From: Synechococcus sp.
Lineage (GTDB): Bacteria; Cyanobacteriota; Cyanobacteriia; PCC-6307; Cyanobiaceae
Assembly (NCBI GenBank): GCA_047285305.1
Contig: JBJBDL010000003.1
Location: 128,001 to 192,000 of the forward strand
Reading direction: 5' to 3'
DNA: 64,000 bases
Part shown: positions 17,818-27,380 of the stretch, piece by piece
Numbering within the stretch: position 1 is the stretch's first letter
Layout of the letters: the number at the start of each line of letters is the position of its first letter
The notes under the pieces: generated by a model
What the model saw: the letters and a program-made list of their open reading frames with translations, nothing else
Database searches by the model: none
What the model was told of the DNA's origin: nothing
Program-made: the position numbers and the translations under genes

Positions 17818-20043
17818 GTGACAGGTGCAGCTCTGCCCTCCACGGCTTGCAAGCGATCAAAGGCTCTCCAACTCTCTTTGAAGCATCAGAATGAAACGAG
17901 CTCCAGGTTGGGTGTGCAGGCAGGGCCGCGAATAGGAACGCTGCTGCTGCTTTCGGTTGCTGGTTTCAGTGGGTTGGCTGCATTGGGCGGGCAGCTGCTG
18001 CTGAACAAGCAGCAGCTGCGCCTCACGCCTGAGGTCTCGCAGGCAAGGCTCTGGCAGCACTACCGCTGGGCCATCGATCCGCAGACCCGTCGAGAGGCCG
18101 CCCTGTTGATGGTGGCCAGGGATGGTTCACCGCAACTGCTCCATGGCCAAGCCTGGGGACACGATCCGATGGCGGCCGTGGTGCTCGAACGTGCAGCCCT
18201 CACCGCCGCCGCCCAGGGCAAGCCATCGGACGCTGCTGAGACCTGGCAACTCCTGTTGGATCGCTTCCCCGAAGCACCCGGCTCCGCTTGGGGTCGATTG
18301 GCGCTTGGCAACAACAACCCCGTTCTTCATCAGCAGCTTCTCCAGCAGCAACCAGCGCACCCCGCAGCACTGACCTTGGCGGCTCGGGATGGCTCCGAAG
18401 CGCTGGCAAGCCATCGAGGCGCCCTGCACCTGGCCCGATGGAATGCGCGCCGAGCCGGCGCGCTTGGGCTGATGCGTGATGCCTGCCAGGCCACGGGGGC
18501 GCAGGCACCTCAACCCAACCAACGCCAAACCTTGGCGCAAGCACTGGCAAAACAAGGCCATGCAGACACCGCACTGATCTGTCTTCAGGAGCTTGAGGCC
18601 TCCCCAGAGACCCAGCTGGCCATCGGTCGTTCCCTGCTGCTGCATGGCGACCCTGGTGCGGGTACAGCCCGGCTGCTGACCCTGGCGCAGAGCCACCCAA
18701 ACCACCCCGCCAGCCTTGAAGCAGCACGGATCTTGAGCGAACCGATCAATGCCCAGCCTGGTGTTCTGGATGCCCTTCCGGCTGCCCTGGAGGAGCGCTC
18801 AGCCGCTGTTGCAGCAGCTCGCGTGCGACTCGCCGGCGGCGATGGGGCGGATGCCGCCCTGAGCCGCTGGCCCAACGACCCCGATATCTGGCAACTCCAA
18901 TGGGACCTCGCCCGCGAGGCATTTCTAGCTGGAGAATGGGATCGTGCCCGGGCCCTGCTGGAACGCCCCAATGAGGATGGCCCTCTGCCTCCACCGTTGG
19001 AGACGCGGCGGCTGTTCTGGCTGGGGTTTAGCCACAAGCAACTCGGCGAAACGACAAAGGCAGAACGCACCTGGCGCCGCATGATCGGGGCCTTCCCCGG
19101 GGGCTACTACCGATGGCGCGCCATGGAGCACCTGGGTGTGGCCGAACCTCTGGATTTGCGAACCCCAGCCCCACCGCAAGAGTCCCCAACCTGGCAACCG
19201 CTCAACAGCCACAACAACCTGGTGAACGAGCTTTGGCGCCTGGACCAGGTGCACGCCGCCTGGGAGGCCTGGCAGGCCCAGGCAGATCCTTTAGTCCCAC
19301 CGCCACCCGAGGAACTTCTCGCCGAAGGCAGGCTGCGCCTTGCCGTCGGGGACACCTGGATGGGACTGGACCAGCTCTGGGGGCTCAGCCTCCGCTGGCG
19401 TGATCCGAGCTGCCATCAACGGACTCTTCTGCATCGCAGCCAATTCCCTCGCCTCTTCGAAGCTGAGATACAGACAGCGGCACAGCAAGAAAAGATTCAG
19501 GCCAATCTGCTACGAGCGATCGCCAAGCAGGAATCACGCTTCGCTCCTGGTGTCGTCTCCCCTGCTGGAGCCGTTGGCGTGATGCAATTGCTGCCCTCCA
19601 CAGCCACAGAGATGGCTGGCGCACCGACCAGCACGCCGATGCTCAAGGATCCCGCCAACAATTTCGAACTGGGCGCGCGCTACCTCAACCACTTACTGGA
19701 GCAATGGGAGAACGACCCCCTTCGCAGCATTGCCAGCTACAACGCCGGGCCCAGTGCCGTGGCCTCTTGGGTGCAACCCACGGATCAAGACGACGATGAG
19801 CTCTGGGTGGAACGCATTCCTTACCCGGAAACACGCTTCTACACCAAGAAAGTGCTCGACAATCTGCTCGGCTACCTAGGCGGCAATCAATCCTTCTGCA
19901 AAGAAACTGGCGGTGGGGTAAGGCAGAAGCGTGCCGGCGAAGACGCCACCGAACACGACCAAACCGATCAGAAGCAGGCAGATCCCAGCGGCGGGCAGAA
20001 CACCGATGCGGATGAGATCGAGCCTGGCCAACAGCACGGCTGA
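17818..20043 (+). CDS. Soluble lytic murein transglycosylase (Slt-like)
   Basis: AIAKQESRF, GAVGVMQL, ASYNAGP and PYPETRFY motifs after a helical N-region; the start may be GTG 17914. Confidence 0.88.
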   Translation: MTGAALPSTACKRSKALQLSLKHQNETSSRLGVQAGPRIGTLLLLSVAGFSGLAALGGQLLLNKQQLRLTPEVSQARLWQHYRWAIDPQTRREAALLMVARDGSPQLLHGQAWGHDPMAAVVLERAALTAAAQGKPSDAAETWQLLLDRFPEAPGSAWGRLALGNNNPVLHQQLLQQQPAHPAALTLAARDGSEALASHRGALHLARWNARRAGALGLMRDACQATGAQAPQPNQRQTLAQALAKQGHADTALICLQELEASPETQLAIGRSLLLHGDPGAGTARLLTLAQSHPNHPASLEAARILSEPINAQPGVLDALPAALEERSAAVAAARVRLAGGDGADAALSRWPNDPDIWQLQWDLAREAFLAGEWDRARALLERPNEDGPLPPPLETRRLFWLGFSHKQLGETTKAERTWRRMIGAFPGGYYRWRAMEHLGVAEPLDLRTPAPPQESPTWQPLNSHNNLVNELWRLDQVHAAWEAWQAQADPLVPPPPEELLAEGRLRLAVGDTWMGLDQLWGLSLRWRDPSCHQRTLLHRSQFPRLFEAEIQTAAQQEKIQANLLRAIAKQESRFAPGVVSPAGAVGVMQLLPSTATEMAGAPTSTPMLKDPANNFELGARYLNHLLEQWENDPLRSIASYNAGPSAVASWVQPTDQDDDELWVERIPYPETRFYTKKVLDNLLGYLGGNQSFCKETGGGVRQKRAGEDATEHDQTDQKQADPSGGQNTDADEIEPGQQHG

Positions 20044-20379
20044 GGCCAGGATCAACACATCGGTCAGCACATTGAGCTTCAAAAGGTATATGCCACCGGT
20101 GATCACCACCAGCAGCGTGACCACCAACGTCATCACCCGGCTCGACGCCATCAGCAACGACACCTGTCGCAACAGCAGATCTGGAATGGTGCAGACGACG
20201 ACAACCACCTGGGTCTGCAACAGCACGAAACCCCAGAACCAGGCCGCACTCACGCCATAGAGAGATGTGAAGGAGGGCTGAACAATCTGCCAATGGTTGC
20301 CGAGCACAACCGCAACGAGAAACAGCACCGTCAGCAACGGCGCCCGAACCGGAAGGCTCAGCAGTCGCAGGATTGGCAT
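19876..20379 (-). CDS. Hypothetical membrane protein
   Basis: Several hydrophobic segments; PDLLLRQ.S.LMASSR motif; ATG 20379. Confidence 0.7.
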   Translation of the reverse strand: MPILRLLSLPVRAPLLTVLFLVAVVLGNHWQIVQPSFTSLYGVSAAWFWGFVLLQTQVVVVVCTIPDLLLRQVSLLMASSRVMTLVVTLLVVITGGIYLLKLNVLTDVLILASAVLLARLDLIRIGVLPAAGICLLLIGLVVFGGVFAGTLLPYPTASFFAEGLIAA

Positions 20380-20442
20380 GAAGTCAAAGTAGCGACGGCC
20401 TTTCGAAGGAGCTGCCAGAGTGAGCACTGCGGTTGATGTGCG

Positions 20443-21018
20443 ATGACAGGCACCCCGGAGTCTTCGCCCCTGGGCACAGCGCAGCGATGGGTGCTGGTGC
20501 TGATTGCGGTGGCTCTGGCCATTGGCCTTGTTGTCCTACGTAGTGGCATTCAGAGCGAAAGCCCGATGGAGCAGCTGGCGAGACGATCCCTCGACCCCCA
20601 AACGGCGTTAACCAACGGACGTCCAACGCTGATCGAGTTCTACGCCGATTGGTGCCAGGTTTGCAGAGAGATGGCGCCTTCGATGTTGGATTTGGAGAAG
20701 CAATCGCGCGATCGACTCGATATTGTTCTGGTGAACGTCGACAACCCCCGTTGGCAAGACCTTGTTGATCGCTACGACGTCAACGGCATTCCACAGTTGA
20801 ATCTATTCAACGCTGAGGGGGAGACCAAGGGGCGATCTCTCGGTTTGCGCAGCGCAGAAGAACTCCAGCTGCTCACCATGGCACTTCTTGAAAATCAGCC
20901 TTTGCCGGCCTTGCCTGGTGTCGGCAACATCAGCCAGCTGCTAACGCCCCCCTCTGCGAACAAGGCGCTGGCAGGTGCCTGGAGCCCTGCCAGCGCGCGG
21001 CCCCGCAGCCATGGTTGA
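20443..21018 (+). CDS. txlA: Membrane-anchored thioredoxin-like protein (TxlA/HCF164)
   Basis: N-terminal TM helix; EFYADWCQVC; NVDNPRW...Y.VNGIP. Confidence 0.85.
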   Translation: MTGTPESSPLGTAQRWVLVLIAVALAIGLVVLRSGIQSESPMEQLARRSLDPQTALTNGRPTLIEFYADWCQVCREMAPSMLDLEKQSRDRLDIVLVNVDNPRWQDLVDRYDVNGIPQLNLFNAEGETKGRSLGLRSAEELQLLTMALLENQPLPALPGVGNISQLLTPPSANKALAGAWSPASARPRSHG

Positions 21019-21062
21019 CGCGCCTCGCCATGATCACCACAACTCGTCACTCTGACGCTCCC

Positions 21063-21785
21063 ATGGATCGCTTTCAGGTCGATCTGATCGCAGCTACGCC
21101 GAACCCGCAACAATGCGTGTACGCCGCCATGCATCAGGACTACAGCGAAGGGTTCGTGGCAGGAGATCGTGCCAACTGGCCCGATGAGCAGCGAGCTGGA
21201 GAGATCTGTGTGAAACGCCTGCTGTCTGGAGAACGCGGCCACTACGGCCCGATGGAGCATGCGCAGATCGTGCTGAACGTGGGCTGGTTCCCACACTCAG
21301 TGATGCAGCAGGCCCGCACCCATCGGGTTGGGGTGAGCTTCGATGTGCAATCGATGCGCTACACCGGTGAACGCATCTGCCGTGCAGCGGATGGAGCCCT
21401 GGACCTCGAAGAGGTGTTTTATCTGCGGCCTGTCGGCGAGTACAGCGATCGACAGGGCAAGAAATACGCCTACACCGAAGCGCTACGTCAACAGGACCTC
21501 GATCTGTGCCGAAGCGCTGCCGAGCGCTACAGGGATCTGCTCAAGGCCGGCTTCTCCGAAGAGCATGCCCGCGGCATCCTTCCCTTCGACTACCGCCAGC
21601 ACTTTGTGGTGAGCTTCAGCCTGCGAGCGTTTCTGCACTTCATGGATCTGCGGGCCAAACTTGATGCCCAGCTGGAGATCCGCCAGCTCTGCGATCTGAT
21701 GTGGCCCCACATGGTGGAGTGGGCTCCTGAATTCGCAGCCTGGTACGAAAAAAGCAGGCTGCACCGGGCGCGTTTAGCTCCCTAA
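21063..21785 (+). CDS. thyX: FAD-dependent thymidylate synthase
   Basis: GHYGPMEH, QARTHRVGVSFDVQSMRY, EHARGILP and AQLEIR motifs. Confidence 0.96.
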   Translation: MDRFQVDLIAATPNPQQCVYAAMHQDYSEGFVAGDRANWPDEQRAGEICVKRLLSGERGHYGPMEHAQIVLNVGWFPHSVMQQARTHRVGVSFDVQSMRYTGERICRAADGALDLEEVFYLRPVGEYSDRQGKKYAYTEALRQQDLDLCRSAAERYRDLLKAGFSEEHARGILPFDYRQHFVVSFSLRAFLHFMDLRAKLDAQLEIRQLCDLMWPHMVEWAPEFAAWYEKSRLHRARLAP

Positions 21786-21794
21786 TCAAGAGGT

Positions 21795-22388
21795 CTATAC
21801 CTTGGCCAGCGTCACTCTCTCTGGCTGGTGCTGGTACTTGCCTTGTCGATCGCTGTAGGTGGTCGAGCAGGGATCACCCTCGAAAAACAGCAGTTGACAG
21901 ATGCCTTCATCCGCATAAATCCGGCAGTCAGCGCCGGAACTGTTGCTGAATTCAAGGGTGAGGTGACCCTCCCAGCTCGCTTCAGCAGGGGTGGTGTTCA
22001 CGATGATTCCAAGGCGGGCATAAGTGCTTTTGCCCAAACAGATCACGGTGATGTTGGGGGGAACCCGCAGCTTCTCCAACGCCACACCGAGGCCATAAGA
22101 ATGCGCCGGAAGGATGAAGTAGCGCCCGTCTTCATCCTCATGAAGGGGAGTGGGCTCGAGATTGGCCGGGTTGAACCGCTTGGGATTCATCACCGTGCCA
22201 GGAACATGCCGGAAGATCAGAAATTCCTGAGGAGACAGGCGCAGGTCGTAGCCATAGGACGAGCAACCGAAACTCAGTACCGGTCGCAGCTTCTGCTCCG
22301 GCTCAAGGTGACGGACCAAACCGCTCTGGAATGGCTCGATCATTCCCTGCCCGGCCTGTTCAGTGATCCAGCGATCGCACTTGAGCAT
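21795..22388 (-). CDS. dcd: dCTP deaminase
   Basis: SSYGYDLRL, GKSTYARLG, EGICQL and Y.DR.GKYQ.Q motifs. Confidence 0.96.
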   Translation of the reverse strand: MLKCDRWITEQAGQGMIEPFQSGLVRHLEPEQKLRPVLSFGCSSYGYDLRLSPQEFLIFRHVPGTVMNPKRFNPANLEPTPLHEDEDGRYFILPAHSYGLGVALEKLRVPPNITVICLGKSTYARLGIIVNTTPAEASWEGHLTLEFSNSSGADCRIYADEGICQLLFFEGDPCSTTYSDRQGKYQHQPERVTLAKV

Positions 22389-22987
22389 CAGAAACCTCGG
22401 CGCAACTCCGTGACTTGATCTGCCATCTCCACCACACCGGCGGGGATTGCAGGTCCAGTGATGATCACATCCATCGAAGCGGGCCGCTGCTCAAGGGCTG
22501 CAATAACATCAGTTTCATCCAGGTATCCGAAGGACACGGCAAGGCCGATTTCATCCAAGACCAGCTGGTCGAGATCTCCCTGAATCAGATGCTGGCGACA
22601 GATGGACCAAACCGCAGCCACCGCCTCCGCGCCACCTGGATGGCCCGGCGAGGAGAGGCAGAGGGGCACTTTTGGCCGCAGCCAGACAAGGCCTCCACAG
22701 AGCTGCACCCGTCCGGCCGGTCCCTGCTGAACGCCCCCTTTGAGGAACTGACTGATTAGAACACGACTGCCCAAGCCGGCAGCACGCATGGCTTGACTCA
22801 GAACATTGGCGAAGCTGCCTCGGTAGGGCGCTGTATGCACTTGCAGCTGCCCTTCTGGAGCCACCAGATGTAGGGGTGGCGGATCAGAGAGAGGAGGCAA
22901 TGGCCTGAGGCCCGCCCGCTGCAAAGCCTGCTGATCCCGATCCAGGGAGTTCTGGAAGGCTTGGGGGTCTGCGAGGCTTGTGGACAT
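22388..22987 (-). CDS. CobO/BtuR-like cob(I)alamin adenosyltransferase paralogue with a degenerate P-loop
   Basis: QFLKGG, LVLDEI, DVIITG and AD.VTE motifs present; the GxGKGKT loop is replaced by HTAPYRGSF. Confidence 0.78.
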   Translation of the reverse strand: MSTSLADPQAFQNSLDRDQQALQRAGLRPLPPLSDPPPLHLVAPEGQLQVHTAPYRGSFANVLSQAMRAAGLGSRVLISQFLKGGVQQGPAGRVQLCGGLVWLRPKVPLCLSSPGHPGGAEAVAAVWSICRQHLIQGDLDQLVLDEIGLAVSFGYLDETDVIAALEQRPASMDVIITGPAIPAGVVEMADQVTELRRGF

Positions 22988-23021
22988 CACGGAAGCATCT
23001 GTCCGGGCGACCCCGGCGTAG

Positions 23022-23079
23022 ACCTTAAATCTAGCGGCGAGATCACATTCAACAAGAGGGTTAACACCACCCATGGTGT
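23022..23079. promoter_or_regulatory. Tandem NrdR-box-like sites
   Basis: ACCTTAAATCTAGCGG (23022-23037) and ACACCACCCATGGTGT (23064-23079; inside the inverted repeat AACACCA-N4-TGGTGTT), 42 bp apart. Confidence 0.6.
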
Positions 23080-23133
23080 TTGGACAGGGCGAGAACCAAC
23101 CGCCTGCGAGGCTTGACGAACTGCACACCACCG

Positions 23134-23877
23134 ATGAGCCAATCCCCTGAACACCGCGCTGATGGCCGTCGCCCGCAGCAGTTGCGACCGTTCTCGGTGA
23201 CCTGGAATCCCATGGGGTTTGCCTTGAGCTCCCTTGTGGTTCACACCGGCCGAACCGCTGTTCTCTGCAGCGTCTGCTTGGAGGACAAGGTTCCCCGCTG
23301 GCGCAAGGGAGAAGGGTTGGGATGGCTCAGCGCCGAATACCGGCTGCTGCCAGGATCCACCCCACAGCGGCAATCACGGGAGCTGATGAAACTCTCGGGT
23401 CGCACCCAGGAGATTCAGCGATTGATAGGCCGCAGCCTGCGCGCCGTGATCGATATGGAGCGCCTTGGTGAGCGCACCTTGCTGATCGACTGCGACGTGA
23501 TCCAAGCTGACGCCGGCACCCGGACGGCCTCGATCACCGGGGCTTGGCTCGCCCTGGAGCAGGCCAGCCAATCACTGGTGGAACAAGGAGTCCTGGAGCA
23601 ATCGCCCCTGGTCGACCAGGTGGCAGCAGTGTCCGTTGGCTTGGTGGATGGCCAGGCCTTGCTGGATCTGGACTACAGCGAAGACAGCCGAGCCGAAGTA
23701 GACTTGAACGTTGTGCAGGCCAGCGATGGCCGTCTGCTGGAAATCCAAGGAACTGCGGAGGGAGCACCCTTCAGCCGCAGCCAACTCAATGAGTTGCTGG
23801 ACTTAGCAGCGCCGGGATTGACATCCCTGATGCAGGAGCAACGCCAGGCCTTCAACGAGCACAGCAGCGTTACGTAA
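23134..23877 (+). CDS. rph: Ribonuclease PH
   Basis: RADGR...[25 protein letters not shown] and [13 protein letters not shown] motifs. Confidence 0.97.
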   Translation: MSQSPEHRADGRRPQQLRPFSVTWNPMGFALSSLVVHTGRTAVLCSVCLEDKVPRWRKGEGLGWLSAEYRLLPGSTPQRQSRELMKLSGRTQEIQRLIGRSLRAVIDMERLGERTLLIDCDVIQADAGTRTASITGAWLALEQASQSLVEQGVLEQSPLVDQVAAVSVGLVDGQALLDLDYSEDSRAEVDLNVVQASDGRLLEIQGTAEGAPFSRSQLNELLDLAAPGLTSLMQEQRQAFNEHSSVT

Positions 23878-23915
23878 TAACCGCTACATGGCGGCCACCG
23901 CCGGCTCCGTAACTT
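23874..23915 (+). promoter_or_regulatory. NtcA-activated promoter of ntcA
   Basis: Perfect GTA-N8-TAC (GTAATAACCGCTAC, 23874-23887), then 22 nt, then a TAACTT -10 element (23910-23915). Confidence 0.85.
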
Positions 23916-23935
23916 CGCCACATCAGGGGGTTGTC

Positions 23936-24652
23936 ATGACCAGTAGCCGAGGTTTCAGCCGATACGCCCCGCAGATGGTGGCTCCAGCTCCCAGCGCAGA
24001 ACCGGCCAACCGTTCTCTGCTGGAGATCATCCGGGATCTCGATGGCGCCAGTAGTGAACTGGTGGATCGCAACAAAACCATCTTCTTCCCCGGAGATCCC
24101 GCAGAGCGGGTGTATCTGATCCGCCGGGGAGCCGTTCGTTTGTCCCGCGTCTACGAATCGGGAGAAGAGATCACCGTGGCCCTGCTCCGCGAGAACAGCC
24201 TCTTCGGGGTGTTGTCGCTGCTGACAGGTCAACGGTCCGATCGCTTCTATCACGCTGTGGCCTTCACCCGAGTCGAAATGGTGACGGCACCAGCAACCTC
24301 CGTAAAGGCCGCCATCGAAGCAGACACCAGCGTTGGCCTGCGCTTGCTTCAGGGTCTCTCCAGCCGGATTCTGCAGACCGAGACGATGATTGAAACCCTC
24401 ACCCATCGGGACATGTCATCCCGGCTGGTGAGCTTCCTGCTGGTGCTTTGCAGGGATTTCGGCGTGGCGGATGAGCTGGGCATCACCATCGATCTGCGTC
24501 TGTCTCATCAGGCCATCGCTGAAGCAATTGGCTCAACACGCGTCACAATCACGCGTCTGCTGGGAGACTTGCGTCAATCCGGTCTGGTTCAGATTGACCG
24601 CAAGAAAATCACGGTTCTGGATCCCATCGCGCTGGCCAAACGCTTCAGCTAG
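23936..24652 (+). CDS. ntcA: Global nitrogen regulator (CRP family)
   Basis: [31 protein letters not shown] and [20 protein letters not shown] motifs; AGGGGG precedes ATG 23936. Confidence 0.98.
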   Translation: MTSSRGFSRYAPQMVAPAPSAEPANRSLLEIIRDLDGASSELVDRNKTIFFPGDPAERVYLIRRGAVRLSRVYESGEEITVALLRENSLFGVLSLLTGQRSDRFYHAVAFTRVEMVTAPATSVKAAIEADTSVGLRLLQGLSSRILQTETMIETLTHRDMSSRLVSFLLVLCRDFGVADELGITIDLRLSHQAIAEAIGSTRVTITRLLGDLRQSGLVQIDRKKITVLDPIALAKRFS

Positions 24653-24679
24653 GCCTGCCATCGCAAGACTTGTGCAGCC

Positions 24680-25831
24680 ATGAGCGGCTGGGCACTGATC
24701 CTGGTTCTGTTGGTGCTCGGGGGAGTGCTGTCGACCCTGGGCGACCGCTTGGGCAGCCGTGTCGGCAAAGCGCGACTGAGTTTGTTCAGCATGCGCCCAC
24801 GGCGCACAGCCGTTTTGATCACGGTGTTGACCGGCAGCCTGATCAGCGCACTCTCACTTGGCCTGATGCTTCTGGTGAGCCGGCAGTTGCGGGTGGGCCT
24901 GTTTGAACTGGATGCTCTGCAGGAGAAACTCCAGGACAGCCGTCTACAGCTGGAAGCAGCCGAGCGGGAACGGGACAAGACCCAAACCGAAACCAAACGG
25001 ATCGCAATTGAGCTCGAGCAATCGCAGCAACGGGCCAACACCCTGCGCCTCGAACTAGCTCCTCTTCAAAAGGAGCTAGCCGAACTTGAAGCCGAACGTG
25101 AACGCCTCACCCAGGACATCGCCTCCCGCGATGCGGACATCCAGCGCACGGAAGCCGAACTCAACATCGTTCGCAGCCGCATCCGTGCCGGTGAGCAGGA
25201 ACTCAAAGGACTGGAACGCAATCTGGTCGCCTTGAGGCGTGGATCGGTGGTGATCAGCAGCGGACAGACCTTGGCAAGAGCAACGGTTCGACTCGATGCT
25301 CCGGACCAGGCCAAACAGGCTGTGGACAGGCTGTTGCAGGAGGCCAATCTCAACGCCTACGGGAAAGTGCGACCTGGCGAAGCACCCGAGCGCCAGTTGA
25401 TCCGCGTTCCGCGCAGCGATGTGGAACGCCTGCAAAGCATCATCCGCAAACCGGAGACCTGGGTGATCTCGCTGCGCTCCGCCACCAATGTGCTGCGGGG
25501 TGAAACAGCGGTGTATGCCTTTCCCGAGGTGCGTCCGAACCGTCCGGTGACCCAACGCGGAGACATGCTGGCGACCACCACACTGCCACCGGATGAACGC
25601 ACGCCAGAGGGCATTCGCACACGGTTGAACCTTCTCTTGGCCTCGGCCTATGCCGAAGTGCAGCGGCGGGGATCCCTGACCGAGGGACTTCAGTTCGATG
25701 GATCAGCCCTCTCCCAACTGGCCCAGACCCTGATGGAAGGACCCAGCCAAAGCGTGGTCTTGGACGTGATTTCCGCGGGAGTCAGCGACAGTGCCGATCC
25801 TGTCATCGTCACCATTCAGGCCTCCCCATGA
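24680..25831 (+). CDS. DUF3084-like coiled-coil membrane protein
   Basis: LGG...GDRLGS.VGKARLSLF..RPR.TA, followed by a long coiled coil. Confidence 0.85.
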   Translation: MSGWALILVLLVLGGVLSTLGDRLGSRVGKARLSLFSMRPRRTAVLITVLTGSLISALSLGLMLLVSRQLRVGLFELDALQEKLQDSRLQLEAAERERDKTQTETKRIAIELEQSQQRANTLRLELAPLQKELAELEAERERLTQDIASRDADIQRTEAELNIVRSRIRAGEQELKGLERNLVALRRGSVVISSGQTLARATVRLDAPDQAKQAVDRLLQEANLNAYGKVRPGEAPERQLIRVPRSDVERLQSIIRKPETWVISLRSATNVLRGETAVYAFPEVRPNRPVTQRGDMLATTTLPPDERTPEGIRTRLNLLLASAYAEVQRRGSLTEGLQFDGSALSQLAQTLMEGPSQSVVLDVISAGVSDSADPVIVTIQASP

Positions 25832-26274
25832 AACGGGTGGCCGTTCTCGATCCAGGCCGCTGCAAATGTGGTCTTGTGCTGGCCGATCTTCAGCTCGGCC
25901 TGGTGCGCGAAGGGCATGTACTGGCCCCTGAGGCCGTTGAACCCTGGCTGGAGCAGTGGAATCAAGACCAAGCTCTCGACCGCATCCTGATTGGCGATGG
26001 CACGGGAAGCCGAGCCTGGATCCAGCGACTGGAACGGCTGGGGCATCTCACCGTGATTCCGGAGAAGGGAACAACCCTCAGGGCAAGACAGCGTTACTGG
26101 GCGCTGTGGCCGGCTCGAGGTTGGCGAGGGATGCTGCCGGCAGGACTGCGCATTCCACCGGTAGATCTGGATGCTGTTGCAGCTTTGGTGATGCTTGAGG
26201 AGTACCTGCAATGCCGCCTGAAATGGCCGGAGCCTGCTCCCACGTTCTCGCTCAGAACCTGGCCCGGACCATGA
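25828..26274 (+). CDS. YqgF/RNase H-like resolvase family protein
   Basis: LDPGR.KCG, IGDGTGS, E.GTTL.AR.RYW and D...A motifs. Confidence 0.8.
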   Translation: MKRVAVLDPGRCKCGLVLADLQLGLVREGHVLAPEAVEPWLEQWNQDQALDRILIGDGTGSRAWIQRLERLGHLTVIPEKGTTLRARQRYWALWPARGWRGMLPAGLRIPPVDLDAVAALVMLEEYLQCRLKWPEPAPTFSLRTWPGP

Positions 26275-26509
26275 AGGTGTAATCCCCCCCCGGTTCCAGC
26301 CTGTAATCAGAACGCACCAGAAACCGCCGCAGGGCATCCTCGATCAGGGCACGTCCCAGGGACGGCTCCACCACCAGTTCGCCGCGATCAAAGGCCCAGG
26401 AAAACTGCCACTCAAACCCTCCAGCAGAAACTTCACCCTCCACGCACTTGGCTTGAAAACACTGTCGGAGCACCCGCAAATGGGCCGTTGTCGCCGGAAG
26501 TGCCGGCAT
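26252..26509 (-). CDS. DUF3146-like conserved protein
   Basis: LP.TTA...G.V.AG.FEW.F.W.F..GEL.V.PSLGRALI...DY.LEPGGDY. Confidence 0.82.
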   Translation of the reverse strand: MPALPATTAHLRVLRQCFQAKCVEGEVSAGGFEWQFSWAFDRGELVVEPSLGRALIEDALRRFLVRSDYRLEPGGDYTFMVRARF

Positions 26510-27126
26510 CAGTCGACCGGCTCCAAGTCATAGCGGAACCCGTTGATCCAGGTTCCAGCGCGCTCAAAGCTCTGGCGCTGAAGACGTTGAATCCCATCCA
26601 GAACAGCATCGAGAACAGCGCCGACACAGGGTTGCTCCACCTTGCTAAACGGACCAAGAACATGGGACACCGTTCGGGCGCGGCGTTCGGCAGGGTTCTC
26701 AGCCGGCGCACCAATGCCGATCCGTAGCCTCGGGAACGCCTGGGTCCCGAGATGCTGAATGGTGCTGCGCAAACCATTGTGCCCGCCGGCACTGCCCTGG
26801 GCCCGCAACCGCAAACGACCCAGCGGAAGATCCATGTCATCCACCAGCACCAGCAATTGGTGAGGCTCCAGGCCGAACCAATCGAGGGCCGCACGAACGG
26901 CACGACCGCTGTCATTCATGTAGGTCTGAGGCATCAGCAAGCGCAGCCGCTGCTCACCAACCCCTGTATCGGCTGCAAGACCGTGCAACTTGGCTTGCTG
27001 ACGAAAACTGAATCCAGAACGCTCACCCAAAAGCTCTAGGGCCATGAAGCCGATGTTGTGACGGGTGCCGGCGTATTTCGTACCCGGATTTCCCAGACCC
27101 ACCACCAGCTTGAGATCAGTGGTCAT
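26509..27126 (-). CDS. pth: Peptidyl-tRNA hydrolase
   Basis: VGLGNPG, TRHNIGF, PQTYMN and GGHNGLRS motifs. Confidence 0.97.
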   Translation of the reverse strand: MTTDLKLVVGLGNPGTKYAGTRHNIGFMALELLGERSGFSFRQQAKLHGLAADTGVGEQRLRLLMPQTYMNDSGRAVRAALDWFGLEPHQLLVLVDDMDLPLGRLRLRAQGSAGGHNGLRSTIQHLGTQAFPRLRIGIGAPAENPAERRARTVSHVLGPFSKVEQPCVGAVLDAVLDGIQRLQRQSFERAGTWINGFRYDLEPVD

Positions 27127-27140
27127 ACCGCTGAAACGAC

Positions 27141-27371
27141 TCAGTCGCTGGGGGGAAGTTCTTCAACCGGCTTCGCAGTCTCACCGGAAACTTCCGGTTC
27201 AGCCATGGCTTTGTTGATCTCGCGTTCGAATTCCTTAGAAGCGGATTGGAAGCCCTTAAGGGTTTTACCAAGGGTCCGACCAAGCTCGGGCAGGCGTTTC
27301 GGCCCGAAAACCAACACGGCAACGGCGCCGATAACCGCCATTTCGGGGAGACCGACGCCGAAGATGTTCAT
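27141..27371 (-). CDS. tatA: Tat translocase subunit TatA/E
   Basis: FGVGLPE...LVFGPKRLPELGRTLGK. Confidence 0.94.
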   Translation of the reverse strand: MNIFGVGLPEMAVIGAVAVLVFGPKRLPELGRTLGKTLKGFQSASKEFEREINKAMAEPEVSGETAKPVEELPPSD

Positions 27372-27380
27372 GGGTGCAGA

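Noticed and set aside
20990..21063. NrdR box upstream of thyX
   Set aside because: No convincing 16-bp palindrome was found.
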